Assembly: GCA_029974275.1 (NCBI GenBank)
Contig: JARKSN010000197.1
Location: 1 to 10,266 of the forward strand
DNA: 10,266 nt
Origin: Candidatus Hydrogenedentota bacterium
GTDB lineage: Bacteria > Hydrogenedentota > Hydrogenedentia > Hydrogenedentales > SLHB01
Direction of reading: 5' to 3'
The notes under the pieces are model-generated. The model saw nothing but the letters and a program-made list of their open reading frames with translations. It did not search any database and was not told the DNA's origin. Below are positions 1 through 7,153 of the stretch, piece by piece (the stretch's first letter is position 1; every line of letters starts with the position of its first letter). The translations under genes and the position numbers were made by a program.

Positions 1-594
1 TCTTCCGAGATCGTTGAATTGGACGAGGCGGTCGAGGAGGAGGAGATTGCGCCGCCCGTGGATCCGGCGGCGGTGCTGGCCGAGGCGCGGGCCGAGGCCG
101 TGCGCGTTGTGCAGGAGGCGTACGCGGAAGGGTATCGGCGGGGCGTTGAGGCGGGGCAGGCGGAGTTCGCCGAGTCGGTGGGGCAAGCGGCGCAGGCGCT
201 TATCAGCGCCGGGCAGGCGTTGGTCCAGGCGCGGGAAACGTTTTTGGGGGCCCTTGAGCCGCAGGTGGCGTCGTTGGCGCATGCGATCGCGGCGCGCATA
301 CTTCGGCGCGAAGCGCAGGTGAATCCGGAGTTGTTGCAAATCACGGTGCGGGCGGCCTTGGGCAATCTCATCGAGCGCGAGCAGGTGACGTTGCACGTGA
401 ATCCGCAGGATTTGGATGTGCTCAAGGCGCAGCAGGTGACGTTGCTGGAGGAATTCGACGGCATCGAACACCTTGCGATTGTGCCGGACCCGTCCGTGGA
501 ATCGGGCGGCTGCATGGCGGACACGGCGTCCTTGCATGTCGATGCGACCTTGAATGCGCAGCTCGATCGCATTTTGAATGCGTTGATGGAATAG
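1..594 (+). CDS. fliH: Flagellar assembly protein FliH (5'-partial)
   Basis: The frame is open from base 1. It has AxxxGxxxG repeats (EAYAEGYRRGVEAGQ), a C-terminal 'LHVNPQD...IVPDPSVESGGCMADT...VDATL' segment typical of FliH/YscL, and lies directly upstream of fliI. Confidence 0.9.
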   Translation, partial: SSEIVELDEAVEEEEIAPPVDPAAVLAEARAEAVRVVQEAYAEGYRRGVEAGQAEFAESVGQAAQALISAGQALVQARETFLGALEPQVASLAHAIAARILRREAQVNPELLQITVRAALGNLIEREQVTLHVNPQDLDVLKAQQVTLLEEFDGIEHLAIVPDPSVESGGCMADTASLHVDATLNAQLDRILNALME

Positions 595-597
595 GCC

Positions 598-1911
598 ATG
601 CCGGGAATTGATCTTCAGCGATACCATGAACGCGTAGGCGCGACCCATCCGATCCGGGTTTATGGGCGGATTCTCGATGTCGTGGGATTGACCATTGAGG
701 CGAGCGGTCCGCCCATGCGCATAGGGGATCTTTGTTTCGCCAAGCCGCCGAATGGCCCGGCGATGCCGGTCGAGGTGGTTGGGTTTCGCGGGGCGCGTCT
801 GTTGTTGATGCCGCTGGGCGAGATGAATGGCATGGGTCCGGGCACGTTGTTGGAGCCGACGTTTCAGCCGCAGACGGTGCGTGTGGGGCCTGGGTTGTTG
901 GGACGGGTGATCGGCAGCATGGGGGCTCCGCTGGACGGGGGCGGGAGCATTTCGGATTGCGAGACGGTTTCGTTGACGGCGTCGCCGCCGCATCCCTTGA
1001 CCCGTCGTCGCATCACGGATCCCATCGCGACGGGGATTCGCGCGATCGACGCGTGCGTCACCTGCGGCAAGGGCCAGCGCGTGGGCATCATGTCGGGCAG
1101 CGGGGTGGGCAAGAGCAAGCTGATGGGCATGATGGCGCGCAACACGAGCGCCGACATTAACGTAATCGCGTTGATAGGGGAGCGTGGGCGCGAGGTGCGC
1201 GATTTCGTGGAAAGCGATCTGGGGGCGGAAGGGTTGGCCCGGTCCGTGGTGGTGGTGGCGACGTCGGACGAGCCGGCGTTGATGCGCATCAAAGGCGCGT
1301 ATACGGCGACGGCGGTGGCGGAGTGGTTTCGCGATCAAGGCGCGGACGTGATGTTGATGATGGATTCGATCACGCGTTTCGGCATGGCCCAGCGGGAAGT
1401 GGGGCTGGCTGTTGGCGAGCCGCCGACGACGAAGGGGTATCCTCCCTCGGTGTATTCGTTGCTGCCCAAGCTGTTGGAGCGCGCGGGCACGTCGGCCCGG
1501 GGCAGCATCACGGGCATGTACACGGTGTTGGTCGAGGGGGACGATCTCCAGGACCCCATAGGCGACGCGGTTCGCAGCATGGTTGATGGCCACATTGTGC
1601 TGGCGCGGAGCCTTGCCACCCGAAGCCACTATCCAGCGGTCGACGTGCTTGAAAGCGTGAGCCGCGTCATGATCGAGGTGACTTCGTCCGAGCATCAGGA
1701 GTTGGCGACGCGCATGCGGCGGATTTTGGCGACGTACCGGGACGCGGAAGACTTGGTGAATATTGGGGCGTATGTGAGCGGGAGCAATCCGGACATCGAT
1801 GCGGCGCTGAAGTTCATGCCGGGGGTGCGGATGTTTCTGCAGCAGGGGTTGTATGAATCGTCGCGTTTCGATGAAATTCCGGCGTTGATGCAGCGGGCGT
1901 TGAAGGGGTGA
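598..1911 (+). CDS. fliI: Flagellum-specific export ATPase FliI
   Basis: 437 aa with Walker A SGSGVGKS, LIGERGREV, Walker B MMDSITRF, GEPPTTKGYPPS and DGHIVL...HYPAVDVLESVSR. Flanked by fliH and fliJ. Confidence 0.97.
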   Translation: MPGIDLQRYHERVGATHPIRVYGRILDVVGLTIEASGPPMRIGDLCFAKPPNGPAMPVEVVGFRGARLLLMPLGEMNGMGPGTLLEPTFQPQTVRVGPGLLGRVIGSMGAPLDGGGSISDCETVSLTASPPHPLTRRRITDPIATGIRAIDACVTCGKGQRVGIMSGSGVGKSKLMGMMARNTSADINVIALIGERGREVRDFVESDLGAEGLARSVVVVATSDEPALMRIKGAYTATAVAEWFRDQGADVMLMMDSITRFGMAQREVGLAVGEPPTTKGYPPSVYSLLPKLLERAGTSARGSITGMYTVLVEGDDLQDPIGDAVRSMVDGHIVLARSLATRSHYPAVDVLESVSRVMIEVTSSEHQELATRMRRILATYRDAEDLVNIGAYVSGSNPDIDAALKFMPGVRMFLQQGLYESSRFDEIPALMQRALKG

Positions 1912-1917
1912 TGGCGC

Positions 1918-2379
1918 ATGGCGGCGGGCAAGCCACACCGGTTCGACACGCTTGTGCGGGTGCGGTCGCTTCAGGAAAATCAGCAGGCCCAAGCGTTGGC
2001 GAGCGTGCGCCGGCATATTGCGACCGTGGAGCGGCAGCGCAAAGCGATTCAGCAAGAGCAACAGCGCGTGCTGCGGGAAGCGGGCGATCGTTCCCGGCGC
2101 GTTTTTGACGCGATGGATGTGCGACGTTACTATGAGTACGAGCGCTATTTGGCGCGTCTGGCCGTCGAGAAGGACGCCTCGCTGCAAGAGTTGCGGCGCG
2201 TCGAGGAAGAGCGGCGGCTGGAACTCGATAAGGCGATCAAGCGCCGGCGCATGGTGGAACGCATGCAGGAGCGCGACGCCATGGCGTGGGCGCAGCAGCG
2301 GCAACGCGACGAGCAGAAGCGGACGGACGAAGCGGCGGTGGGGCAAGCGGCGCAACGAAGGGAACGCGGCGCATCATGA
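1918..2379 (+). CDS. fliJ: Flagellar export protein FliJ
   Basis: 153 aa coiled-coil protein immediately after fliI, with N-terminal 'HRFDTLVRVR..QE' and C-terminal 'EQKRTDE.A' as in FliJ. Purine-rich RBS-like GAAGGGG lies upstream. Confidence 0.88.
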   Translation: MAAGKPHRFDTLVRVRSLQENQQAQALASVRRHIATVERQRKAIQQEQQRVLREAGDRSRRVFDAMDVRRYYEYERYLARLAVEKDASLQELRRVEEERRLELDKAIKRRRMVERMQERDAMAWAQQRQRDEQKRTDEAAVGQAAQRRERGAS

Positions 2380-2930
2380 AAATATTCGTCATACTGATGA
2401 CAGGCGTTCTGTCGTTTTTCGGCATGCTGGCCGGGCTGCTGGCCATGACGGGAAATCTGTCTGCGGACAGCATGCGCACGTTGGTTTCGAGCGAGCCGGC
2501 CAAGCTGCCGGTCGTGCCTGCGGAAACGAGCGAGGGGGCGGATCTCGACGCGGTGGCGCGGGCCTTGAAGGATCGTAGCGACGAGTTGTCGAAGGAAAAG
2601 ACGTCCGTGGATGAGGAAAAGAAGCGGGTGGAGATGGCGAAGAAGGATCTCGAGGCGATTCGGAACGACGCCAAGAAACTCCTCGAGCAGATGGAGCAAT
2701 CCATTCAAGCGGTGCAGGGCCAGAGCGATGTCCGCATCACCGAAATCGCGAACTCCATCGCCCAAATGAAACCCAACAATGCCGCCACGGCGCTCATGAA
2801 GTTGGAGACGGACACGGCCGCGAAAGTGTTGATGCAGATCGACGAGAAGAAGCGCGGCAAGATTCTCGACGCCATGCCCCAGGAAGACACGAATCGGCTG
2901 CTTTCCGCCATCCAGCAGCCCGGCAAGTAA
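2376..2930 (+). CDS. YlxF/FlbB/MotE-like flagellar protein (N-terminal TM helix, coiled coil, MgtE_N-like C-terminal domain)
   Basis: ATG at 2376 overlaps the fliJ stop (ATGA), giving 184 aa. It has a hydrophobic N-terminus (MKIFVILMTGVLSFFGMLAGLLAM), a charged coiled coil and C-terminal 'MKPNNAATALMKL...AAKVLMQIDEKKRGKILDAM'. It sits between fliJ and fliK, like B. subtilis ylxF and spirochaete flbB. Confidence 0.8.
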   Translation: MKIFVILMTGVLSFFGMLAGLLAMTGNLSADSMRTLVSSEPAKLPVVPAETSEGADLDAVARALKDRSDELSKEKTSVDEEKKRVEMAKKDLEAIRNDAKKLLEQMEQSIQAVQGQSDVRITEIANSIAQMKPNNAATALMKLETDTAAKVLMQIDEKKRGKILDAMPQEDTNRLLSAIQQPGK

Positions 2931-2977
2931 TCGCGTAGAAGTCTTCGGAAGAGTCTTCCTTCTCTTTTCCCTGCGCA

Positions 2978-2993
2978 GTCCTGAAATCAGGAC
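2978..2993. promoter_or_regulatory. Perfect 7-2-7 inverted repeat, candidate transcription-factor site upstream of fliK
   Basis: GTCCTGA-AA-TCAGGAC within the 182-bp intergenic region. Confidence 0.45.
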
Positions 2994-3097
2994 AGTTCTC
3001 CGGCTGTTCCGGCAGTTTTCTTTCCCCTCTCTAGTTCTTCCTCATCCGTCCAGGGGGGCGTTCCCTTTGGACGGTTGCCGGAAAACGTCTTTTAGAA

Positions 3098-3106
3098 AGG
3101 AGGTGA
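3098..3106 (+). promoter_or_regulatory. Strong Shine-Dalgarno sequence for fliK
   Basis: AGGAGGTGA, ending 6 nt before the ATG at 3113. Confidence 0.85.
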
Positions 3107-3112
3107 ATATGT

Positions 3113-4783
3113 ATGCAGATCAACAGTATTTCGCAAGAGCAAGCGGCTGCGCATCCGCTCCTGGCGCTGGTAAGCGGCGGGGCGTCTTCTCCGTCGCAGG
3201 CCGCGACGGAAGGGACGTTCGCCGGGTTGCTTGCGGCGCTGCAGGATGCCTTGGCGAACGCGGGATCGAGTGGGTCGCCTGCGCAGGCGGGCGTTGCGTC
3301 TGACGTTCTCGCGGATCCGGCCGTAGCGGCGCTGCAGGATGCAAGCGAGACGCTTCTTTCGGCGGCGGCGGACGGAGTGGATCCTGCCGTAGTTGCTGAT
3401 GCCTCGGAGAAGGATGAGGGCGCATTGGAGCAGGGGCGCGCGCCGATCGTCGTCGTGAATCGCCTGGATGTCGTGGTCAGCGTCGCTGCGGCGGCGGCCT
3501 TGGCGGCTCCGCCGGTTCTGACGACGCTGTCGCGGGCCAGTTACACGATTGACGAGATGCCGGACGCCGGCGGGGACGCGCCGGGTGTGGCGGCGGAGGA
3601 TTCGGTTGAAGCGTTGTCGGGGACGGCATCGTCCCGCATGGCAACGACGAACAGGCCGTTTTTTTCGGCGTTGACGGACGATTCGTCTGGAGTCATCCCG
3701 GCAGAATCGGCGGCCTCGAGGCCAGCGGGTTTCGAGAAGATTCCCGCGAGCGATCTCCAGTCGTCCTCGGGGACGTCGTTCGCGCCCCAGTCTGCGCGCA
3801 CGGGGGCGTCTAACGCCGCGCTTCATGCCGTGAGCGTTCCGCAGTCTGCCGCGGAGCAGCCCCAGCCAGAACTCCGAGTTGGAGAGTCTGTCGCGGCGCC
3901 GAGGACGTCGCCGGTCGAGTTGACGGGAAGCGGTCCTTTGGGGAACGCGCCCAAGACGGAACCGGTTCTCGCCCAAATGCCTGAGTGGCGCAGCGTCTCT
4001 CGCGAAGCCCCGGCGATCAAGGCGGACGCTTGGGCCAAAAGCGGCGAAGCATTGCCTGCAAATGTCGCAGTTCCGTTGAACGGCGGCGCGGCGCCAAAGG
4101 CGGCAGACCTGGAAACGCCTTTTGCCGTGTCGTTTAGCGGCGGAGCGGCAAGAGCGGCTCCGTCGTTCGCGGCCTTTTCGTTGCAGGAGAGCGTTGCGGC
4201 GGAATCGTCTGAGAACGCCGCCGGAATTTCGGACGTTCGTTCTGTTGCGTCGTCCGCCGAAGTAGCGAACATGCCTGGGGCGCGCGAGGCGGCTTCGTCC
4301 GTGCGCATGGAGGCTCCCTCTTCGCCGGCGGCGGACCGTGTTCCGTTGACGGCCTTGGCCGATCAGGTTGTCCGCAGCGTGCGCTATATGGCGGGCCGAG
4401 AGGAGCAGACCATCAAGGTGCGGCTTGTCCCGGAATCGTTGGGTGAAGTGCACGTTCAGGTGACTTCGAGCCGTGACGTGGTGACGGTGCGCTTGATGTC
4501 GGGGAATCCCGTGGTTCGCGAGGCGCTCGAGAGTCAGGCCTCGGGGTTGCGGGACATGCTCCAGCGCGAGGGCATTCAAGCGGCCCATGTGCAGGTCGCA
4601 GGCGATGCGGGCGGCCAAGGCGCTTTTGGGCACATGGGACGTCATGCCGCGGCGTGGATGTCTCAGGAGCGGATGCCGTCGTGGACGGGTTTTGCTGAGG
4701 CTCCGTTTGGCGAGGACGCGTTGGAGGGCGTCCGTCGGGGCGCGGCGGCGCGTCATGACGGCGCGCTGAACGTTTATGTGTGA
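3113..4783 (+). CDS. fliK: Flagellar hook-length control protein FliK
   Basis: 556 aa: a long Ala/Ser/Pro-rich low-complexity region, then the T3S4 domain (VRLVPESLGEVHVQV...VREALESQASGLRDMLQREGI) and terminal 'LNVYV'. Directly upstream of flgD. Confidence 0.92.
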   Translation: MQINSISQEQAAAHPLLALVSGGASSPSQAATEGTFAGLLAALQDALANAGSSGSPAQAGVASDVLADPAVAALQDASETLLSAAADGVDPAVVADASEKDEGALEQGRAPIVVVNRLDVVVSVAAAAALAAPPVLTTLSRASYTIDEMPDAGGDAPGVAAEDSVEALSGTASSRMATTNRPFFSALTDDSSGVIPAESAASRPAGFEKIPASDLQSSSGTSFAPQSARTGASNAALHAVSVPQSAAEQPQPELRVGESVAAPRTSPVELTGSGPLGNAPKTEPVLAQMPEWRSVSREAPAIKADAWAKSGEALPANVAVPLNGGAAPKAADLETPFAVSFSGGAARAAPSFAAFSLQESVAAESSENAAGISDVRSVASSAEVANMPGAREAASSVRMEAPSSPAADRVPLTALADQVVRSVRYMAGREEQTIKVRLVPESLGEVHVQVTSSRDVVTVRLMSGNPVVREALESQASGLRDMLQREGIQAAHVQVAGDAGGQGAFGHMGRHAAAWMSQERMPSWTGFAEAPFGEDALEGVRRGAAARHDGALNVYV

Positions 4784-4831
4784 ACATGCCTGGAGCGCGA
4801 CGCTTTGGGCTGGAAAGGAGGATGTGGTTCC

Positions 4832-5353
4832 ATGAATGCATTGGTGTCGATTCGGTCGAATTTCCTGGGCCAATTCAGTCCGACGCCGGAGAAAAGGGCG
4901 CAGGCGGCCCAGCAGATTGCGGCGGCGGGCATGACGGTCGCCGAGACGGCCAAGTCCGCAAAATCGACCGCCGCCAGCGCGACATCGCCCGTCAAACAGA
5001 ACATGGATAAGGACATGTTTCTGCGGCTGCTTGTCAGTCAGATGCAAAATCAGGATCCCATGGAGCCGACGGACAACGCGCAGATGCTGGCGCAGCTTGC
5101 CCAGTTCACGGCGCTGGAGCAGATGAACACGTTGAACGAGTCGTTTGAGCGGCTGAGCGGCAACATCGACCAATTGAACTTCATTTCGGCGAGTTCTTTG
5201 GTGGGACATGTGATCACAGGGCTCGATGAGAACGCGAACGTGGTTCAGGGCGCGGTGTCGGCGGTCACCATGGACAATAGCGTGGTTTATCTGGCCGTGG
5301 GCGACAAGGTTGTGTCGATGGCGAATGTCCTTTCCGTGGGGATCGCGCCATGA
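4832..5353 (+). CDS. flgD: Flagellar hook capping protein FlgD
   Basis: Motif 'MDKDMFLRLLVSQMQNQDPMEPTDNAQMLAQLAQFTALEQM'. Start placed at ATG 4832, downstream of AAGGAGG (4815-4821); 173 aa. Confidence 0.93.
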   Translation: MNALVSIRSNFLGQFSPTPEKRAQAAQQIAAAGMTVAETAKSAKSTAASATSPVKQNMDKDMFLRLLVSQMQNQDPMEPTDNAQMLAQLAQFTALEQMNTLNESFERLSGNIDQLNFISASSLVGHVITGLDENANVVQGAVSAVTMDNSVVYLAVGDKVVSMANVLSVGIAP

Positions 5354-5754
5354 TAGACAAGATTCACCTGACTGCCGCGGCCGAGACGATGCGCGCGAGC
5401 GCGGTCCGCACGGCTTCGCGGCCTGTCGGCGCGTCGTTTGCCTCTGTATTCGATCAGGCGTTACAGGATTGCGCGCCGGTGCGTTTTTCGGCTCACGCGC
5501 GGGCGCGGTTGCTGGAGCGAGGCATTCGGCTTGCCGCAGCGGACGAGGCGCAGATTGGAAAAGCGATGGACGCGGCTGCGGCCAAGGGCGCGCGTGAGAC
5601 GTTGCTTATCTCGGACGCGTACGCGCTGGTGGTCAGCGTGCCGAATCGCACGGTGATCACGGCGATTCCGCGCGAGGAGTTGGACAGCGCCGTTTTTACG
5701 AACATCGATAGCGCGGTGGTCATGGCTTCGCAGCGCCAGTCTGTCGCGTTCTAA
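5350..5754 (+). CDS. TIGR02530-family flagellar operon protein (function unknown)
   Basis: 134 aa between flgD and flgE, with an ATGA overlap with flgD. Motifs 'VRFSAHARARLLERGI', 'AAAKGARETLL', 'LVVSVPNRTVITA' and 'VFTNIDSAVV' are characteristic of this family. Confidence 0.88.
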   Translation: MIDKIHLTAAAETMRASAVRTASRPVGASFASVFDQALQDCAPVRFSAHARARLLERGIRLAAADEAQIGKAMDAAAAKGARETLLISDAYALVVSVPNRTVITAIPREELDSAVFTNIDSAVVMASQRQSVAF

Positions 5755-5767
5755 CACAAGGGAATGC

Positions 5768-5821
5768 GGGCCGGACCCTTCGGGGAGGCCCCGGGCGCCG
5801 TCGATCGACTGACGCGGCGCC
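5768..5821 (+). promoter_or_regulatory. Putative cis-regulatory two-hairpin RNA in the flgE leader
   Basis: Hairpin 1: GGGCC(5768-72)/GGCCC(5787-91), GGA/A internal loop, CCC-TTCG-GGG. Hairpin 2: GGCGCCG(5794-5800)/CGGCGCC(5815-21). No U tract follows. Confidence 0.55.
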
Positions 5822-5845
5822 ACACAACCAAAAGGGGATATTCGC

Positions 5846-7099
5846 ATGGGAACAGCAATTTACACGGGCGTGACGGGTCTTCAAGTGCATCAGCGCCGGC
5901 TGGACGTTATCGCCAACAACATCGCCAACGTAAACACGACGGGATTTCGCGCGGCGCGGGCGGGGTTTCAGGATTTGTTCTCGCAGACGCTCGAAGTGGG
6001 AACCGCGCCGTTGGGCAATTTCGGCGGCACCAACCCGACCCAGATCGGGTTGGGCGTGAAGCTGGGCAGCATCGACACGATCCAGACGGAAGGCGCCTTG
6101 GTCACGACGGGCAATCAGTCGGACCTGGCGATCCAGGGTTCGGGTTTTTTTGTTCTGAGCGACGGGACGGGTCAGTATTTCACGCGGGACGGCACGTTCG
6201 CGATCAACGCGGATGGCGAGTTGATCGATCCTGGCACGGGGATGCGCGTGCAGGGGTATCTGCCGGACGCCAGCGGCGAGATTGCGGCGTCGGGCGTGGT
6301 GACGAATCTCCGCGTTCCGGTCGGGGGCACGTCGATTGTCCGGGCGACGGACAACGTGACGGTCATTGGGAACTTGGATTCGCGTTCCGCCGCGGGGAAC
6401 ACGGTGACGCGGACGGTGCGGACGTATGATTCGCTGGGCACGGCCCGCGATGTGGATGTGACGTTCACGAAGTCGGTTCAGGTGGGCGGAGAAAACGCGT
6501 GGACGTGGCAGGCCGCCTACAATGGGACGCCGGTGGGAACCGGAACGGTCCGTTTTGACAGCAGCGGCCGTTTTCTCGACACGAACGGCACGTCCACGGC
6601 GGTCTCGATCAGCGGCGCGGTGTTGGGATCGCCTCCCTCGTTGCCGGAAGATCCGTTCGTGTTTCATCTCAATTTCGCGTCGGTGACGGAGTTGGCCAGT
6701 GACAATGACGTCACCGCGTCGAACCAGGACGGTTTTGCGCGCGGCACGTTGGAAAGCTTCAGCATCGGCAGCAACGGCGTGATTAGCGGCGTGTTCAGCA
6801 ATGGGTTGACGCGCACCATCGGTCAAGTGGCCTTGGCGAGTTTTTCGAACGTCGGCGGCCTGTTGCGGTGGGGCAACAACACGTTTCGCGAAACGCCTTC
6901 TTCCGGGTTGGCGCAGGTCGGATTGGCGGGCACGGGCGGCCGCGGTCAAATTTCGGGCGGCGTGCTCGAAAATTCGAACGTGGACTTGGGGTCGGAATTC
7001 AGCAACCTTATCGTGACGCAGCGGGGATTCCAGGCAAACGCCCGGACCATTACGGCGGCGGATACGTTGTTGCAGGAAACGGTCAATCTCGTGCGGTGA
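5846..7099 (+). CDS. flgE: Flagellar hook protein FlgE
   Basis: 417 aa with N-terminal 'LDVIANNIANVNTTGF', 'DLAIQGSGFF', 'YFTRDGTF', 'YDSLG' and C-terminal 'LENSNVDLGSEFSNLIVTQRGFQANARTIT'. RBS AAGGGGA lies upstream. Confidence 0.96.
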   Translation: MGTAIYTGVTGLQVHQRRLDVIANNIANVNTTGFRAARAGFQDLFSQTLEVGTAPLGNFGGTNPTQIGLGVKLGSIDTIQTEGALVTTGNQSDLAIQGSGFFVLSDGTGQYFTRDGTFAINADGELIDPGTGMRVQGYLPDASGEIAASGVVTNLRVPVGGTSIVRATDNVTVIGNLDSRSAAGNTVTRTVRTYDSLGTARDVDVTFTKSVQVGGENAWTWQAAYNGTPVGTGTVRFDSSGRFLDTNGTSTAVSISGAVLGSPPSLPEDPFVFHLNFASVTELASDNDVTASNQDGFARGTLESFSIGSNGVISGVFSNGLTRTIGQVALASFSNVGGLLRWGNNTFRETPSSGLAQVGLAGTGGRGQISGGVLENSNVDLGSEFSNLIVTQRGFQANARTITAADTLLQETVNLVR

Positions 7100-7115
7100 T
7101 CCGCGGCAAATAGGG

Positions 7116-7147
7116 GGCGGGTGCCTTTCTTTGGAAAGGCCCCCGCC
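7116..7147. terminator. Stem-loop between convergent flgE and DUF4432-like genes (possible bidirectional terminator)
   Basis: GGCGGG-T-GCCTTTC-[TTTG]-GAAAGGC-C-CCCGCC: a 13-bp stem with one mismatch. There is no clear U tract on either strand. Confidence 0.55.
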
Positions 7148-7153
7148 ATGTAA

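Noticed and set aside
598..1911. Non-flagellar T3SS ATPase or F1 beta subunit
   Set aside because: The fliK, flgD and flgE context makes it flagellar FliI.
2286..2375. Upstream start for the YlxF/FlbB-like gene (and likewise the TTG at 4805 for flgD)
   Set aside because: The ATGA coupling at 2376, followed directly by the TM helix, is more plausible. For flgD the SD lies downstream of 4805.
3005..3090. Sigma54 or sigma28 promoter upstream of fliK
   Set aside because: TGGACGGTTGC has the wrong GG/GC spacing, CGGCAG-N5-TTTC lacks the -12 GC, and GCCGGAAA has no TAAA-like -35 at the right distance.
2931..3112. c-di-GMP-I riboswitch in the flagellar leaders
   Set aside because: No GGCAAA/GNRA tetraloop-receptor consensus is visible here or at 5755-5845.
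3092..5209. 705-aa antisense ORF over fliK-flgD
   Set aside because: Arg-rich and motif-free; a typical shadow ORF of GC-rich coding sequence.
6300..6390. Spirochaete-type lysinoalanine self-crosslinking FlgE
   Set aside because: The catalytic Cys of the CNLD motif is Gly here (GNLD), and the protein has no Cys at all.
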